Shown in pieces: positions 1 through 11,800 of a DNA stretch of 64,000 nucleotides. Made by a program: the position numbers and the translations under genes. The notes below the pieces were generated by a model, which did no database searches, was not told the origin of the DNA, and worked only from the letters and a program-made list of their open reading frames with translations. Positions within the stretch are counted from its first letter, which is position 1; each line of letters opens with the position of its first letter. Origin of the DNA: Amphiscolops sp. MND2022. Lineage: Eukaryota. The stretch lies in contig OZ076409.1 in assembly GCA_964187785.1 (NCBI GenBank), positions 69,008,001 to 69,072,000 of the forward strand, read 5' to 3'.

Positions 1-1171
1 TTTCTTCATGTAGGAGGTCGCTCGGTTGCAAAATCCCAGTGACAGCATTTTCAGGGTATAGTAAGGAATTAGTCCGGATTAGGACTCTGTCATTTGGCGG
101 GATGGTTATTTCAGCAGGGTTGAGTATTGGTTCAAGTACGTTTGAGTACTTATGGTCAGCTGTTTTGAGCTGCATTGAAAAGAACGGGAAATTCAAAATT
201 CCTTGTCTCATGTCCAGTACTGTATGATTTCGTTGAAGGAACATTAGGCCGATAATCGGACCTGTCAGGTGTTCCATGACTAGAAAAATCTCATGAAACT
301 CAATGTCACCAACTTCAAATTTGAGCTCTATGGTACTCTTAGGAGTTTCCAATTGCCCATTAGCAACCATGATTTGGAAATTTGGAGGTGGACCTTCCCG
401 GATAACAGATTGTGGAGATAGGAGTCGAATTTTCCGGAGGTCCATCTCAGGAATTGCACTGGACAGCGCTCCAGTGTCGATAAATCCGTCTATGGTCAAC
501 TCCCCAAAGTCCATGGGGAAGTACAACATGCGTTTTTTGCATTTGAGATTGATGTTGGTTGACAATGGTACACAGTCTGGTTCACCGTCCCTGGTGATTA
601 AGATATTCTGGAATTGCTTCTCGTCTAATAGTGATTGTGGTATGGGTTGAGCAACGTCTTCATGGGTCTCTGTCCCTAATGGGTTTGGGAACACTGGATG
701 GTTGGTGCCATCATTCATTTGCCAGTTTTCAACTAGTGCTCTGGTCTTTTTATTGTGGGTGATTGGAGGGTTCTCGTGGACTGTTCTATTATAGTGCTCG
801 ATGTCGTCTAAGACATATTGAAATTGTAGTTGTTCCTGGTTGTAGATTTCTGTGTCCCAATAAGGGTCTCTGCCGTAGTCTGGATCTATGTAGGTAGGGT
901 TGTAATTGTCAACCAGGGGAATAGGCCTGAATCGGGTAGTGAAGGTAGTGGTATAATCAGGGTCCCAAACAGGAATTGGTTTTTGGAACAAATGTGTGTT
1001 GTTATATGTGATGGTTATTGCTTTATCCATCTGTTGCTGCCAGACAACAGAGGGATAGCCCATCAATTGCTGATTGTAATGGTGGAAAGTTTGCGTTGGA
1101 GGGTCCGATCTGATGTATTGTCGGACAGATATTAGTTCGTTATATTGGAGTCGTGGCGAAGTTACTTTTTT
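1..1171 (-). CDS. pol: Pol N-terminal part (spacer and aspartic protease), partial, reached by -1 frameshift
   Basis: The -1 frame after A AAA AAG (1165-1171) reads SPRLQYNELISVRQYIRSDPP and later LYFPMDFGELTIDGFIDTGA, matching element C Pol. Confidence 0.88.
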
Positions 1172-2883
1172 GACTCATCATTATGATATGAGGATTGGGA
1201 GCCCGATGATGTCGATTTGGTCTGGGGTTTCTGAGCCTTTGGATTGGGCCTATTGTCAGTTGAGTCCTCAGGTCTAGTGCGTTTGGGTTTAAGATGTGCA
1301 CCAGCACCTTGCCAACATCGTTCTTCCGGGTGGTTCTTTTTGCCACAAGTTCCACACTCCGGGTATGTTTTCTTCTGAGTTGACTTGCCTTGTTGGGCAT
1401 CTTTCTCTTTTTTCTTTTTCAGTTTTTCGCAGTCTTTGACCATGTGGCCTTTTTCCTTGCAATAATTGCAAGTAATGTCTGACATTTGCCCAGTGGACAG
1501 AGGAGTTTTAGATTTTGTAGTCGAGGAGGTCATTGTGGCCATTGGTAGGTCATCTGATTCCTCAAGGGCGTTGAGTTCCAACTCTCTCTCCAAATGAGCA
1601 ACAATTTCATCATATGAGCCATTTTCTAGTCTGGCCATGTTGACAGACCGCTTCAACTTAGGTGGCAATTTTGCATAGAGCAAGCTGTCAATCATTCTCT
1701 GTGCATGATCACCAAACGCCTTCTCGGCTCCCTGGTTTAATTCTTCGAGAAAATCAGGCAGCTTCATCGTATTGGGATCGAAGACTAGGCGGTGCCATAT
1801 ATGTTTGGCAGTCGCCTGTGATTCGGGTTTGACGTATTTCCGTCTAAAGATGACTAGTACGTCCTCTAGAGTTTGTCGGTTGTTTGAGCTGATATTTCTG
1901 AACGTCTGAAGAGCATTCTTCCTCAATAAAGAGTGGAAGTGATTGATCTTCATTTGTTCAGTCATTTCTGGCTGCATCTTGATCATAGTGTGAAATAGGT
2001 CTTCGAACAGCTCGAATTTCTCACTTTTGCCGTCGAATGTCATGGTATTTGAGTTGACTGGGCGTATGGTGAGTTGTTGGGCTGTTGTTCTATTCTGCAT
2101 CGTAGTCAAGACGTCTGCCAGTCGAGTGATGGGGTCGGAGTCAGCAGCCGTAGCGATTCTTTCTTGTGCTGGGATCGTCGTGTCGAGTAGGGGAAGGTCA
2201 TCATTTGATCTGTTGAGATGACTGGTGGATGGTATTCGTCCCGTGAGAAACTCAGGAACTTCGATTGGAGATTCGTTTTCTCCTGTCACCATGTCGTAAG
2301 CACGGGGGTTCGTGCCCGTGAATCCGTCTTTGGGGCGGTCATTGGCCTGCTTACTCTTAGAATTATTCCTAGGTTCTAAGTTTTGCAGCATTTCGGAATA
2401 TCCTTCTGGTCTCTCGGCCGGAACGTTCCATCTCTCTTTGGTCAACTGTCCAGACCCGGCCATAACTGCGTTTTGGATTTGAGGCAAAATTTGACTACTG
2501 ATCGCTTCATTTATTGCCCTTTGAATCTGAACACTGACGCTGTTCATCATTTCGTCCATCTCTCGAGATATACGGGAATTTAACTCGCTCGACAGTCTAT
2601 TGATCGCAACACTTGAACTCTCCCTGATTGAATTTTGGCCTAATTCGGTATTTGGGCTAGGTCCATTATTTCCTGGGTTTGGGAACTCATTCTCATTCTC
2701 ATTTTCAAGTTCGTCTTCAAATAAGCTTTCTGGCCTACCGGCCTGATTACTATACATACTTTCACTTCTCTCATTTCTATCAAAGTGGTTTCCCCCAAGC
2801 ATAATATCCAAATTCTCAATGTCTGATAGCATTTCTGCTTCTCTAGATCTCCTTGCTTTCTTCTGTTTCCTAGTAGTAGGCAT
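1162..2883 (-). CDS. gag: Gag, 573 aa, two CCHC zinc knuckles
   Basis: FDGKSEKFELFEDLF capsid-region motif shared with B and C; CNYCKEKGHMVKDC and CGTCGKKNHPEERC. Confidence 0.93.
   Translation of the reverse strand: MPTTRKQKKARRSREAEMLSDIENLDIMLGGNHFDRNERSESMYSNQAGRPESLFEDELENENENEFPNPGNNGPSPNTELGQNSIRESSSVAINRLSSELNSRISREMDEMMNSVSVQIQRAINEAISSQILPQIQNAVMAGSGQLTKERWNVPAERPEGYSEMLQNLEPRNNSKSKQANDRPKDGFTGTNPRAYDMVTGENESPIEVPEFLTGRIPSTSHLNRSNDDLPLLDTTIPAQERIATAADSDPITRLADVLTTMQNRTTAQQLTIRPVNSNTMTFDGKSEKFELFEDLFHTMIKMQPEMTEQMKINHFHSLLRKNALQTFRNISSNNRQTLEDVLVIFRRKYVKPESQATAKHIWHRLVFDPNTMKLPDFLEELNQGAEKAFGDHAQRMIDSLLYAKLPPKLKRSVNMARLENGSYDEIVAHLERELELNALEESDDLPMATMTSSTTKSKTPLSTGQMSDITCNYCKEKGHMVKDCEKLKKKKEKDAQQGKSTQKKTYPECGTCGKKNHPEERCWQGAGAHLKPKRTRPEDSTDNRPNPKAQKPQTKSTSSGSQSSYHNDESKK
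2280..2291 (-). promoter_or_regulatory. Primer binding site of element A (possibly tRNA-Leu-like)
   Basis: TGGTGACAGGAG directly after the LTR-terminal CA; the same 12-mer occurs at the same place in B and C. Confidence 0.85.
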
Positions 2884-4031
2884 TTAGAAAGAAAGTCCGA
2901 GGTTAATATTGAATTAGTTCGGAAAACTGGTAATATCAATGAACTGAACGTTATGGAAAGAAAGCAAATTGTGTCCCCTCAGAAGGGGGGTATATGTATA
3001 TATACCTCCTGAGGCATGACACTCACATTTTCCACATATTATTGAAATGTTTACATACTCTAAAGGATCGTGAGATTTTACGAGGATTGGAAAATAGCTA
3101 TTGCATCAAAGCGATTCAGGAATTTAGGGTCGGAAGAATTCCTGAGGAATGCACTCAATTACATACTCATGATGGCTTCAAAGTACGGGGGACGGTTTAG
3201 TCCGCATTCCCGTAACAATTAACATCAAGGCAAATACATGTTCAGACACTTCAAAGTAATATTTGTGTCAACAGGTATGTGAGATATCTAAGGCACGTGC
3301 CTGCACACGCAGGCTAATTCATCAGGTAGCAACTCTAATTATATGCACTAATAAAAGGTGAGCGCGGCCCAATTCGGCCATTTGACAAAGGTACCAGCCA
3401 ATTAAAGTGACCGGTTTAGTCCGCTGGACTAGTATTTAGAGTTTTATGACTGGTGGTCACAACTACATCAATTGGGTTTAAATAGCCCCATTAGCGCCTT
3501 CTAAATACAAATATAATCCTACATGACTTTAAATAACATGCATACTCAAATTAAACAATTACAAAAGCTAATAGTCGGAATGGCCTAATCCGGCCATTTG
3601 CCTTTGGTTCGCTTACAAAATAAAGTATAGCGTCAAGTGGCCGTATACGGCCAAACAAATATGACAGTATAATGCACAGCAGGATAGAGCGTTCTGATTG
3701 GCTAATGAAATGAGCTCAAGTGACGTCTCCGGAATTGGAGTTTCGTTCACTTGAACTCGTTTCCTTCAAGCTTTACACTTGCCTTTATTACATTACGTCA
3801 CTGCTAAGCAATTCATCATATAAACATAATCATCAACGTTTGAATTCTAACACGGGTATTAATCAGACTAATATTCAATCCGAATACATAATGAATGTAA
3901 TAAAACAACAATGAGTTTTACTGAAAGTTTTGAATAATTCTCCTAAAATGTGGGTAGAGTGCCCGGTACGGCTTCTTGTTCGTTAGTAGTCGTTGTGATT
4001 CGTGTCCCATCGCAAGCGGCAGCCTGCGACA
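2292..4031 (-). repeat. 5' LTR of element A (~1740 bp)
   Basis: Termini TGTCGCA...TACGACA. The first ~27 nt are homologous to the start of the C LTR. TATA-like run at ~2991-3004. The partner LTR is outside the window. Confidence 0.78.
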
Positions 4032-4085
4032 GCAATAAAATAAAAAGAATTAGAAAATGAGAGTTACCAAAAAAACGGATTTGCT

Positions 4086-4286
4086 ACCATGGAACCCTTT
4101 TCACGAACATGGTTAATCTTGGCCACCTTGCCAAGATCAAGGTAAAACATGGTACGCTTGGCACGATCTTGCATAATCATGGTATCCTTGGCAAGATCTT
4201 GGTAAGATAATGGTAAGATCTTGTCAAGTCTACCTAGCGATTTACCATGGTTCTTGGCAAGCGTACCATGTCTTCGATCGCTGGGC
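4086..4286. repeat. CATGG/CAAGATC-rich short repetitive element (MITE-like remnant)
   Basis: Dense recurring ACCATGG, CCAAGATC and GATCTTGG words in both orientations; similar CATG-rich patches near 48320-48400 and 52200-52950. Confidence 0.35.
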
Positions 4287-4469
4287 GTCTAAACGTTTTC
4301 TGAAAGTTCTGATCATTCTTTGTTGAAGATTCGATTACGAATTGAGAGGAGAATGATTGACAGAGAAAGTGAAAAATTTTCAGTGTCTTGTTTACAAATA
4401 TTAGAAATTTTGAAGAGTTAGTTTTCTGTGAGTTCCGTCTTTTTGGTTCACCTACTATGTTTTCGAAGT

Positions 4470-4672
4470 GACTGTCACAATGGTCTGACGCTCACCGCTA
4501 CTCTTTTTGTTTTTACCGCTACTAACCGCCAAATGCGTTGTATTTTGTCACTGACCACTAAGCTAGGGATGAAGAACTTGTTTGAAGCCCAACAATGTTG
4601 AGTTGGGAGAGATTCGAACCGTACACCGCCCCAGTACAAGACGAATGCTCTTACCACTACACCATGCTCCCC
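4470..4672 (-). mobile_element. tRNA-derived SINE or tRNA pseudogene
   Basis: Minus strand GGGAGCATGGTGTAGTGGTAAGAGCATTCG...GGTTCGAATCTCTCCC has A-box and B-box at tRNA-like spacing but no proper anticodon arm. The 3' boundary is approximate. Confidence 0.6.
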
Positions 4673-5261
4673 TATTGTGTAGACCATTTGGACTTGCATG
4701 AAATACTTTTACAGGTACCATGTTAGAAAAAACACTTGAAATCTTGATATGGTCAGATACCCATTATTGTGTGTTTTTTTTTAAAAAAAAGAATTCAACT
4801 CTACAGCGTGGAAAACTTGCGGCCCTGACGAAGCGGCTGGTAAAGTGATTTGTCAAGCCAAATCGTAGTAAAACTTACCAATACCGAATTTATTTCGTGG
4901 TGTATTGCTCTTCTGCCACTTCATCTTTTGGATCAAGAAAGTAATCGAAGGTTAATATTTCTTGTCTCAAATAACTGTCAAATTTCAAAACTACATTGGA
5001 TAGCAAAATCAGGCATTCCTTCAATTGAAAAGTAGCTTTTTGTTACTTTTCTCCTACATGATAATGTTTCGGAACTATCACGGTCATCTATTGTTTCATA
5101 GTTCCTGGACCGCCCAGAAGGAAGTGTCAAGTTAGAGTAGGGAAGTTTGTTTGAAGAATATACAAAAACAACGATTAATTCATGTCTCAACCTTTAATTT
5201 TGCTAAATATTGTCAAAAATAGTCTTCTGTCATTTTTCAAGGTCAAACTGGTGGACATGTT

Positions 5262-7463
5262 TGTTACGACTATTGTTCGGTGTTGTTTTAGAACTAGTCG
5301 CAGTTTGTGTTTTGACTGGGGTGGACGTTCTCGCTACGGAGATGTTTTCTTGGTCTGAATCAGAATCATGTATGTCCGAACTGACTGGGCGTTTCTTGCT
5401 CACAGGTGCTATTAATTTGAGCATTTCCTTTTGATTTTCGGCGAGTATTTTCGTCAAGTCAGACATAATCTCTTTTCTCAGAGACGTTTTTATTTCCTCT
5501 AAGTTTTCAAGCTCGAGTCTAGGATTTTTACTGGAGCCAGCTATTAAGTTCTCAGTAGAGTTGTTCTCAGCTAAGGAAGCTTCAAAATCACCTGACACCA
5601 GCTCAGCTACAGCTTTTCTCTTCTGGCTCCTTGTTGTCATTTTTCAAAGTTGAGATATCAAAGTCTTTGGCAAGAATTAAATTCTTCAAAGAAATTTTGA
5701 GTTTACGCAATTACAACGAGCAACAAAGTTTTGAAACGAATTCAAGATCAACTAAAATTACATGTCCTTTCTACATATTTATACCTTTTCAGCATCATTT
5801 GTTCCTCACCTAAAATTTCCTAGGAATCTTAAAAATCAGGTTTGTTCAACAAAAAGCGTCAATGATTCAGATTATTTCAGCCCGGCGTCATAAAATCAGG
5901 TATTGCAATTCCTACACACGTCATCGCTCCGTTAATCTTTGTTGAAAACATTTTTGTTCAAGCATTTACATTTCCTGTTTAAACTTCAAAATTGCGGCAA
6001 AACAAATGTCTAGCTTTCATATTCATCGACGCAGGCACGCCGGCGTGATCAATTAGTCAGCTTCCTAACTTGAAAATTGAAATTCGGAGTAAAAAGAATG
6101 ACACTCAAAAAATGGTGACGGAAATATGACGGAAGTAAATATTTTAGAACCAGGAACATTTGAGAGATCAAAATGAAGAACAAAATGATGCCGAGAAGCC
6201 TTTCGAAAACGGATTGTCTATAGGATGGCAAATACTACAACTTTTACATACATCAGAACATAGAACGAAACATTTAACCTTTTAGCAACAGCCGAATACC
6301 ACGGAAGTGGTCCGTTTGCCGAAACTTGTTTAGCAGTTAGCACACAAAGTGTTCAGACTGAAAGTCTAAGAAAACGTATAAAAATACAACATCATAGCAC
6401 CCGCATGAGGACTGGGCAAGAATACAAAAGGAATAGGAGAGATTATTGGAATGATTATTACTGCATCATATCAAAGCTTATACAAAACTCAAAGCAACGC
6501 GAGTATTACGTTCATTTCATAATTCTTCCTCACAGTACAACTATTCTTTATGTAAACTTAATCCTAAAATTTCTTATAGTGCATCGATTCATGAAAAACT
6601 CTTCTGCGGTTCCATTCGTTTCAATATTTCTTAGTCACAATTTTACAATTTGTTCCGTAGTAGCTCCGTATGTATTAAGATTGCTTATAGCTGTAATTTT
6701 CTCCGTAGTAGCTCCGTATGTATTAAGATTGCTTATGGCTCAGCTGCCGGACCAAGTGGAGAGAAAGCGGAGCGCGTAGGTGAATTCATTTTCTTTCTCT
6801 TATTCTAATTGGCGTTGCTAGGGGCAACCGAGTTTAATTTTACTCGCACTAGCTAAGAATAGTTCTATTAATAGGGTGACGTTATTGGTCCGTAAAAGCA
6901 AAATACCTAATATTAGCTCAGTAGATTGACGTTGCCATAACGTTGTAAATATTTGCTTAGGTCACTTGATTGTGCTTTAAACGAGTATTCACAACTACTT
7001 CATCACCGGAAAACAATTTTATCCTTTTGTCTATGTGTTCTTTTCATTTTAGATCGTATGAATTCCGTTGGGATCTCGGAATTGAATTTTATTTTAATGT
7101 TTTCATTTTAGTGTGGACCAGAGGAAAAGATTGATCCCAATTAGAAATGTTCATTTTAGTGTTTAGATTAGTATGGCCGAAATCAGAAAATCATACCGGA
7201 AATGAAAAATCTTATCACGCATGGAGCTAAATAACCGGAAGTTTTAGCTAAAAGCCATTTCTGAAAATATTCCGTAATGCTTACGTTAGGTTTTGTTTTG
7301 GGAAATTATCTACGAGTGAATTTAGCTGTACTGTAAGTAGAATTTTGATTTGGTTAGCTTAACAAAGTTTGAAAGTATTTACTGTGTCCTTGTCCATGTC
7401 CTCTGCCGAATCCCGGTATTTCGGAGCAGCAAGTAAAATTACGACCGGGAGCGGGTCGTGACA
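5262..7463 (-). repeat. 3' LTR of element B
   Basis: Direct repeat of 19251-21452 with about 14 substitutions counted by eye. Preceded on the minus strand by purine-rich AAGAGGGG(CCC). Contains a 48-bp tandem duplication at ~6654-6740. Confidence 0.97.
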
Positions 7464-8244
7464 GGGCCCCTCTTGAAGCAAGAGACAAGGGTAGACCGTG
7501 GCAATGCGGAATTTCTTTTTTCACCACGATTGAAGGGCGGCTGATGTATTTTCGTACTGGATGAGGGCCACGTCCTCTTCCCGCTTTCATGTATTCAATT
7601 TTCTTCTCCTCTTCTTCTAAATCGAGCACCGTTTTCTCCAGATATTGCATTTCTTCAGGAGAAATCTCGGGCGGCTTGCTTTTTCCGTTCAAGTCATTCA
7701 GGGGACTATCGGGACAGCGGTTTTCTTTCGGTAGAGAAACTACTCTCGGTGCGTACCTGCCACGTCCCACAGCCGTAAAGTGATTGCGGTCTTCTATATC
7801 TAGGTTGTATCTAGCTTCCAGTTCCATTACTGATGGTTCATTTTTGTTCTCCGGCTTGGCTGTCTCCGGCGCTCTCTCATTTCCTAGCTGAGGGATGTTG
7901 AATTTCTCTTTTAAAGGTATTGTGATTTTCAGCGAGGAGGTCTGGCATATCGGTGAGTCCGGCTCCTCATAGTAGCTGTCGGAGTCCGAAATTGAACCTC
8001 TTGCGGGGGGCAGATTAAACGAAACTTTAGCGAGCTTTTTCTTTTTGGGAGTAGGTTCCGTTTTCTTAACGTCGCAGTCTGTTTCAAAAGTTGAATCCAG
8101 TTCGGCGTCAGAGGATCGCCAAGCTTCTAGTGATGAGTCGCTTATATTCAATTTTCCGACCATATTCACAGGGACTGACTTAATTGGTGTGCTGGTCATT
8201 CCTTCATCCGATGAGATGTCAATGACTAAAGAGTAGCCGTTCAT
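7354..8244 (-). CDS. ORF3 of element B, 296 aa, unknown function (SIM-like VIDISSDE, NLS-like PKKKK, GRGR motifs); stop lies inside the 3' LTR
   Basis: Intact ATG-started ORF in the same position, orientation and size as 23958-24851 in element C. Confidence 0.75.
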   Translation of the reverse strand: MNGYSLVIDISSDEGMTSTPIKSVPVNMVGKLNISDSSLEAWRSSDAELDSTFETDCDVKKTEPTPKKKKLAKVSFNLPPARGSISDSDSYYEEPDSPICQTSSLKITIPLKEKFNIPQLGNERAPETAKPENKNEPSVMELEARYNLDIEDRNHFTAVGRGRYAPRVVSLPKENRCPDSPLNDLNGKSKPPEISPEEMQYLEKTVLDLEEEEKKIEYMKAGRGRGPHPVRKYISRPSIVVKKEIPHCHGLPLSLASRGALSRPAPGRNFTCCSEIPGFGRGHGQGHSKYFQTLLS

Positions 8245-8842
8245 TTTCGTAATCGTGTCAGGAGAATTTCTTTAGAGTACTTCTTGCTGATGGAAGATCG
8301 CACGTTGAGAATATTCAAAGTTTTAAGCTGGTCAAGCTGCAGATTTGGACGACAAATGAACGTCTTAAGTTCTTCACCTTCGCGATTTCCGTTGAAATCC
8401 TATTGGTCGGTTTTCCCACTTTCGTTTCGGTGCGACTTAAGTCGGGAAGGGAAAGTTTGTTAGCTGCATTGTGATTGGTCAAAACTTGTAGGAAAAGTTT
8501 CTGATTTTACTTTCCGTTTCTTTCTCGGTCGATGACGTCATGACGTCATTAATTTCTTCTCAAATATTCTACGTTCATATTCCGTAATTTCCTGATGATT
8601 TTCTTCAATTTCTTCTTAGTATTTCTTGATGAATTTTATTCATCTGTAGGATCTTTGGAAACGTTTTGTTCCGTCAATGCCACAATAGGCTTTAGAGATA
8701 GAATTGGGGGATAGATGATTTTCTCTCTGTGTAGAAAATGATGTTAAGTTCCTTTTTGGGTAGTTACGTTCACACAGTGTAATTCCCTTCCTTGATTTTT
8801 CTTCTCCTTTTTAGATCAAGTTGAAGCTTTCAATCTTCACTA
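8245..8842. promoter_or_regulatory. Putative internal bidirectional promoter between ORF3 (-) and the antisense gene (+)
   Basis: Head-to-head genes; ATTGG boxes at 8402 and 8474; tandem TGACGTCATGACGTCA at 8533-8548; splice acceptor at 8814 just upstream of ATG 8843. Confidence 0.5.
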
Positions 8843-11800
8843 ATGGAGAGTGGTGAACGTGTTCCTCCCGCTGCTACAGTCACAGGCTTCGTCAGCGGAA
8901 ATGAAACTGTTTATGGTCATTCTGACGGCGAAGTGATTGTGTCAGACATAGAATTTGTCCGGGCTACTTCAGGTTGGTAAAATCTTTCTGACTTCCATGG
9001 GTAATGGGACTATTATTTTGGTGATCAGCCTTTGTAGTCTTACCCGTAACTCTGACGCGTCTGAATCCAGATCTTGATTTTCAGTAGCTCAACCTGGTAC
9101 GACTTCTGCTGTTACTACTTCGGTAACTTCCGCAGTGGTGACGTCTTGCTCTGGTTCGGTGTTGCCCGCAGTTTCTTCCATTTTGCCCGTTATTAGTAGC
9201 ACTGTTATCAACGACGTGTTGGCGTCGACTCTTGGACGGCAGGAACTTGGATCTCCTCTGGCTGCGGATACTCTCTGCTCTGTGGGCAAGGCAAGTGCTT
9301 CTAAGGAGGTAGCTGGAAAAAGTATTGGGAGTTCCGATGGTGGTACAGACGAGGATAGTTCTAGTATTGAGTCCCATGAAGGTGGGACTGTTACTCCCAC
9401 CAGAAAGAAAGGTTAACGCAGTTTTATATTGTTTTGGATTCGTTCCAAGTTTGGTGAGTAGCTTTGTGCGACATGTTAAATGGCTTTTAGTAGCGAAGAC
9501 TGATGTAACGCGGAAAATGTCCGTTAGTTTCGTGGCTAGTCCCAAAGGTGCAGAAGGAGTGGATGAAGGACCTGGGGCTGTTGAGTTATCAGCGGAGCTG
9601 AACGAATGGTTGAGTTAGTTGGTCCTGATTATTTTGTGTGATGGTGAAGAAGGGGTTTTTGTTTGGTTTTTTACCATTGTTGATTCTGTATTGGCAGGTC
9701 AGGATGACACCGGAGGTGCTACGTTTAGTCCGCAGGATTGCATGAAATTGGGTCGTCAGTTGATAAACGAGGTAGAAGCGCGAACGTCTGATGCCATTCA
9801 GAGCGGTAAGTCCATGAAGTTTGTGTTGTTGGGTTATGTGTTATTGGGGTAGTGGGAGGTCGTGGTCCGTTGGTTATAGCTACGTTGGTGCCTCTTATTT
9901 GATGGCTTTGTTGTGTTGTTATAGGGTTTCGTGATCTGTCTACGAAGTTGAGTCCTAAAAAGCGCAAGTATAGTAAACGGAATCTTCTGAGTCGACGGAT
10001 GCTCTCCGAACATCCTGCATTCAATGACTTCGTGACTGGCGCCAAATGTGGGTCAGATGAGTATTTCTTCTGTCGCGTCTGCAAACGAGACGTTGCTATA
10101 CGCGCTCATGGTGTATCAGAAATAATCCGACATTTTGGATCGGCTGGACATTGGCGACGTGATGCTACGTACAGAGTGCATATGGATCTGCCCGTGTACA
10201 ATAGGATTCTGGAGCCGATGACTCCTACTGAAACGCAATTGGCTGACTTTCGTGCCCGTCCCTTTGAAGATCTTGGGGGAGAATTCCCCTTTCCGGAGGA
10301 TCTGCTCTCGAAGCATTCGCATCCAAATTCAAAAGTGCCCTTGATGACTCTGGTGTCAAGCGTTTGTGAACTGGTTGGCAGGGGTGGCGACTTTCTCCTG
10401 TTGCGGTATCTTTGGGGGCATTTCACTTCTTCGTTGGGAGTCCGGGAGCCGCAATTCTCAATGAACTGGAGTCGCTCTGAGACTGTGGTTAGTATGGGCG
10501 TATATAGTCTGTTGTAGATTGTACTTGTATAGTGTTGTTTCGATCTTTGTGTTGCTGCTGACTGTGTGATTGATTGTTCTGTCGTTTATATTGGCACTTT
10601 GTCTTATGTGGTGTGTATTTCAGGCTCTCCTTCGCCAAGGTCTTGCTCCGCAGGTGTTGCGTGTTGTTCTGGGCAACTTGTCTCTGTCCCGCGAGTATAG
10701 TGTGGAGTTTGTAAAACGCGGCGGTCTCGAGTACTGTCACGTTGTTTACTGGGAGGAGGAGAATCTGAAGAAGATCTGTGTGGACAGTCAACCTCTGGAT
10801 CAGAAATTTCCAGATGCGGAGTTGATTCCTCTTGCCAGAGTGATGTGCAGTTTGAGTGATGGACCATTGCCAATTTCGATGCGTGGTTGTAGTCCGTTAT
10901 TGCTCCGTGAGTTGTGTGAGAGTCGGGATGATGCGCGCCAGTTTGTTGTTGCATCCACGTTCAATGGTGAAGTCTTCCTTCAGTGTTTTCGTCAAGCACA
11001 TCAGGACGTGTTTGGTATGGTGGAATTGATCACCTTGATAGAGTATATCGTTGTGCGGATGAAAAGTGCCATGTACGAGGAGTGGACGGAAGATAAGGTT
11101 GTTTTGCGTCGCTGTATCTTGAAAGGAGTTGTGGCCTTCGAGGATCTACGTGACCTGGTGGGCGAGTTGATCGAGCTGTGGCCTTCAATAAAGCCGTATA
11201 TCCGATGTACTGGACTTCCACATGCCAAAGAAACTGTCGATAGCGTAAGTTTGGCATTCTTGAAAACTCTTGGTGTTGTTTGTTTCACTATATTTAGGGC
11301 GATAATTTTGGATGGTTTCAGTTGAAAGGCACTGATTGGAATATCATTGCTGATGAGATGCTCTTGCATCGTTTCGGTCTTTTACGTCTGATACTCGATA
11401 CGTGTAAGTAGGGATTGTGTGTTCATTGAGTTCCGTTTGGTGTTTGTGATGACTGACTTTCTTTGTGTTGATTGATATTACGATTGATGAGATGCCCTCG
11501 TATTTCTTCCGTTGCTGTTGTGTTGTAGTGTCCGTTTGTAATTGAGTAGTTATTTGGTATCGTGTGCATTTTAGTCTATAACAATTTCACGAAGCTGCGT
11601 CAAGGCCGTAGAGATTACAGCTTTCACGGGTACGGGGAGCTGTGCAATTTCGTGTACTGTCTTCTGATGAAAACTCGAGCTGTGGGTAGTCTTCCTGGCA
11701 TCCACGAGTGGGAGAAGTATATGTCAGTTGATGCAATATCGTTGTTTCCCGTGGTAGCGCCGGATGCTTTTTTGGCGAACGATGACTTTGGGAAGACTTT

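Larger units (their letters stand above)
1..4031 (-). mobile_element. Ty3/Gypsy LTR retrotransposon A (5' LTR, gag, start of pol; continues beyond the left edge)
   Basis: Gag with two CCHC knuckles, -1 frame pol with a DTGA protease motif, PBS TGGTGACAGGAG abutting the LTR end at 2292, strong similarity to element C. Confidence 0.93.

Noticed and set aside
4599..4672. Functional tRNA gene
   Set aside because: A and B boxes are present but the acceptor and anticodon stems do not pair properly; treated as a SINE head or pseudogene.
7354..8244. ORF3 as an env gene
   Set aside because: No signal peptide, transmembrane segment or fusion-protein pattern; hydrophilic and low-complexity.
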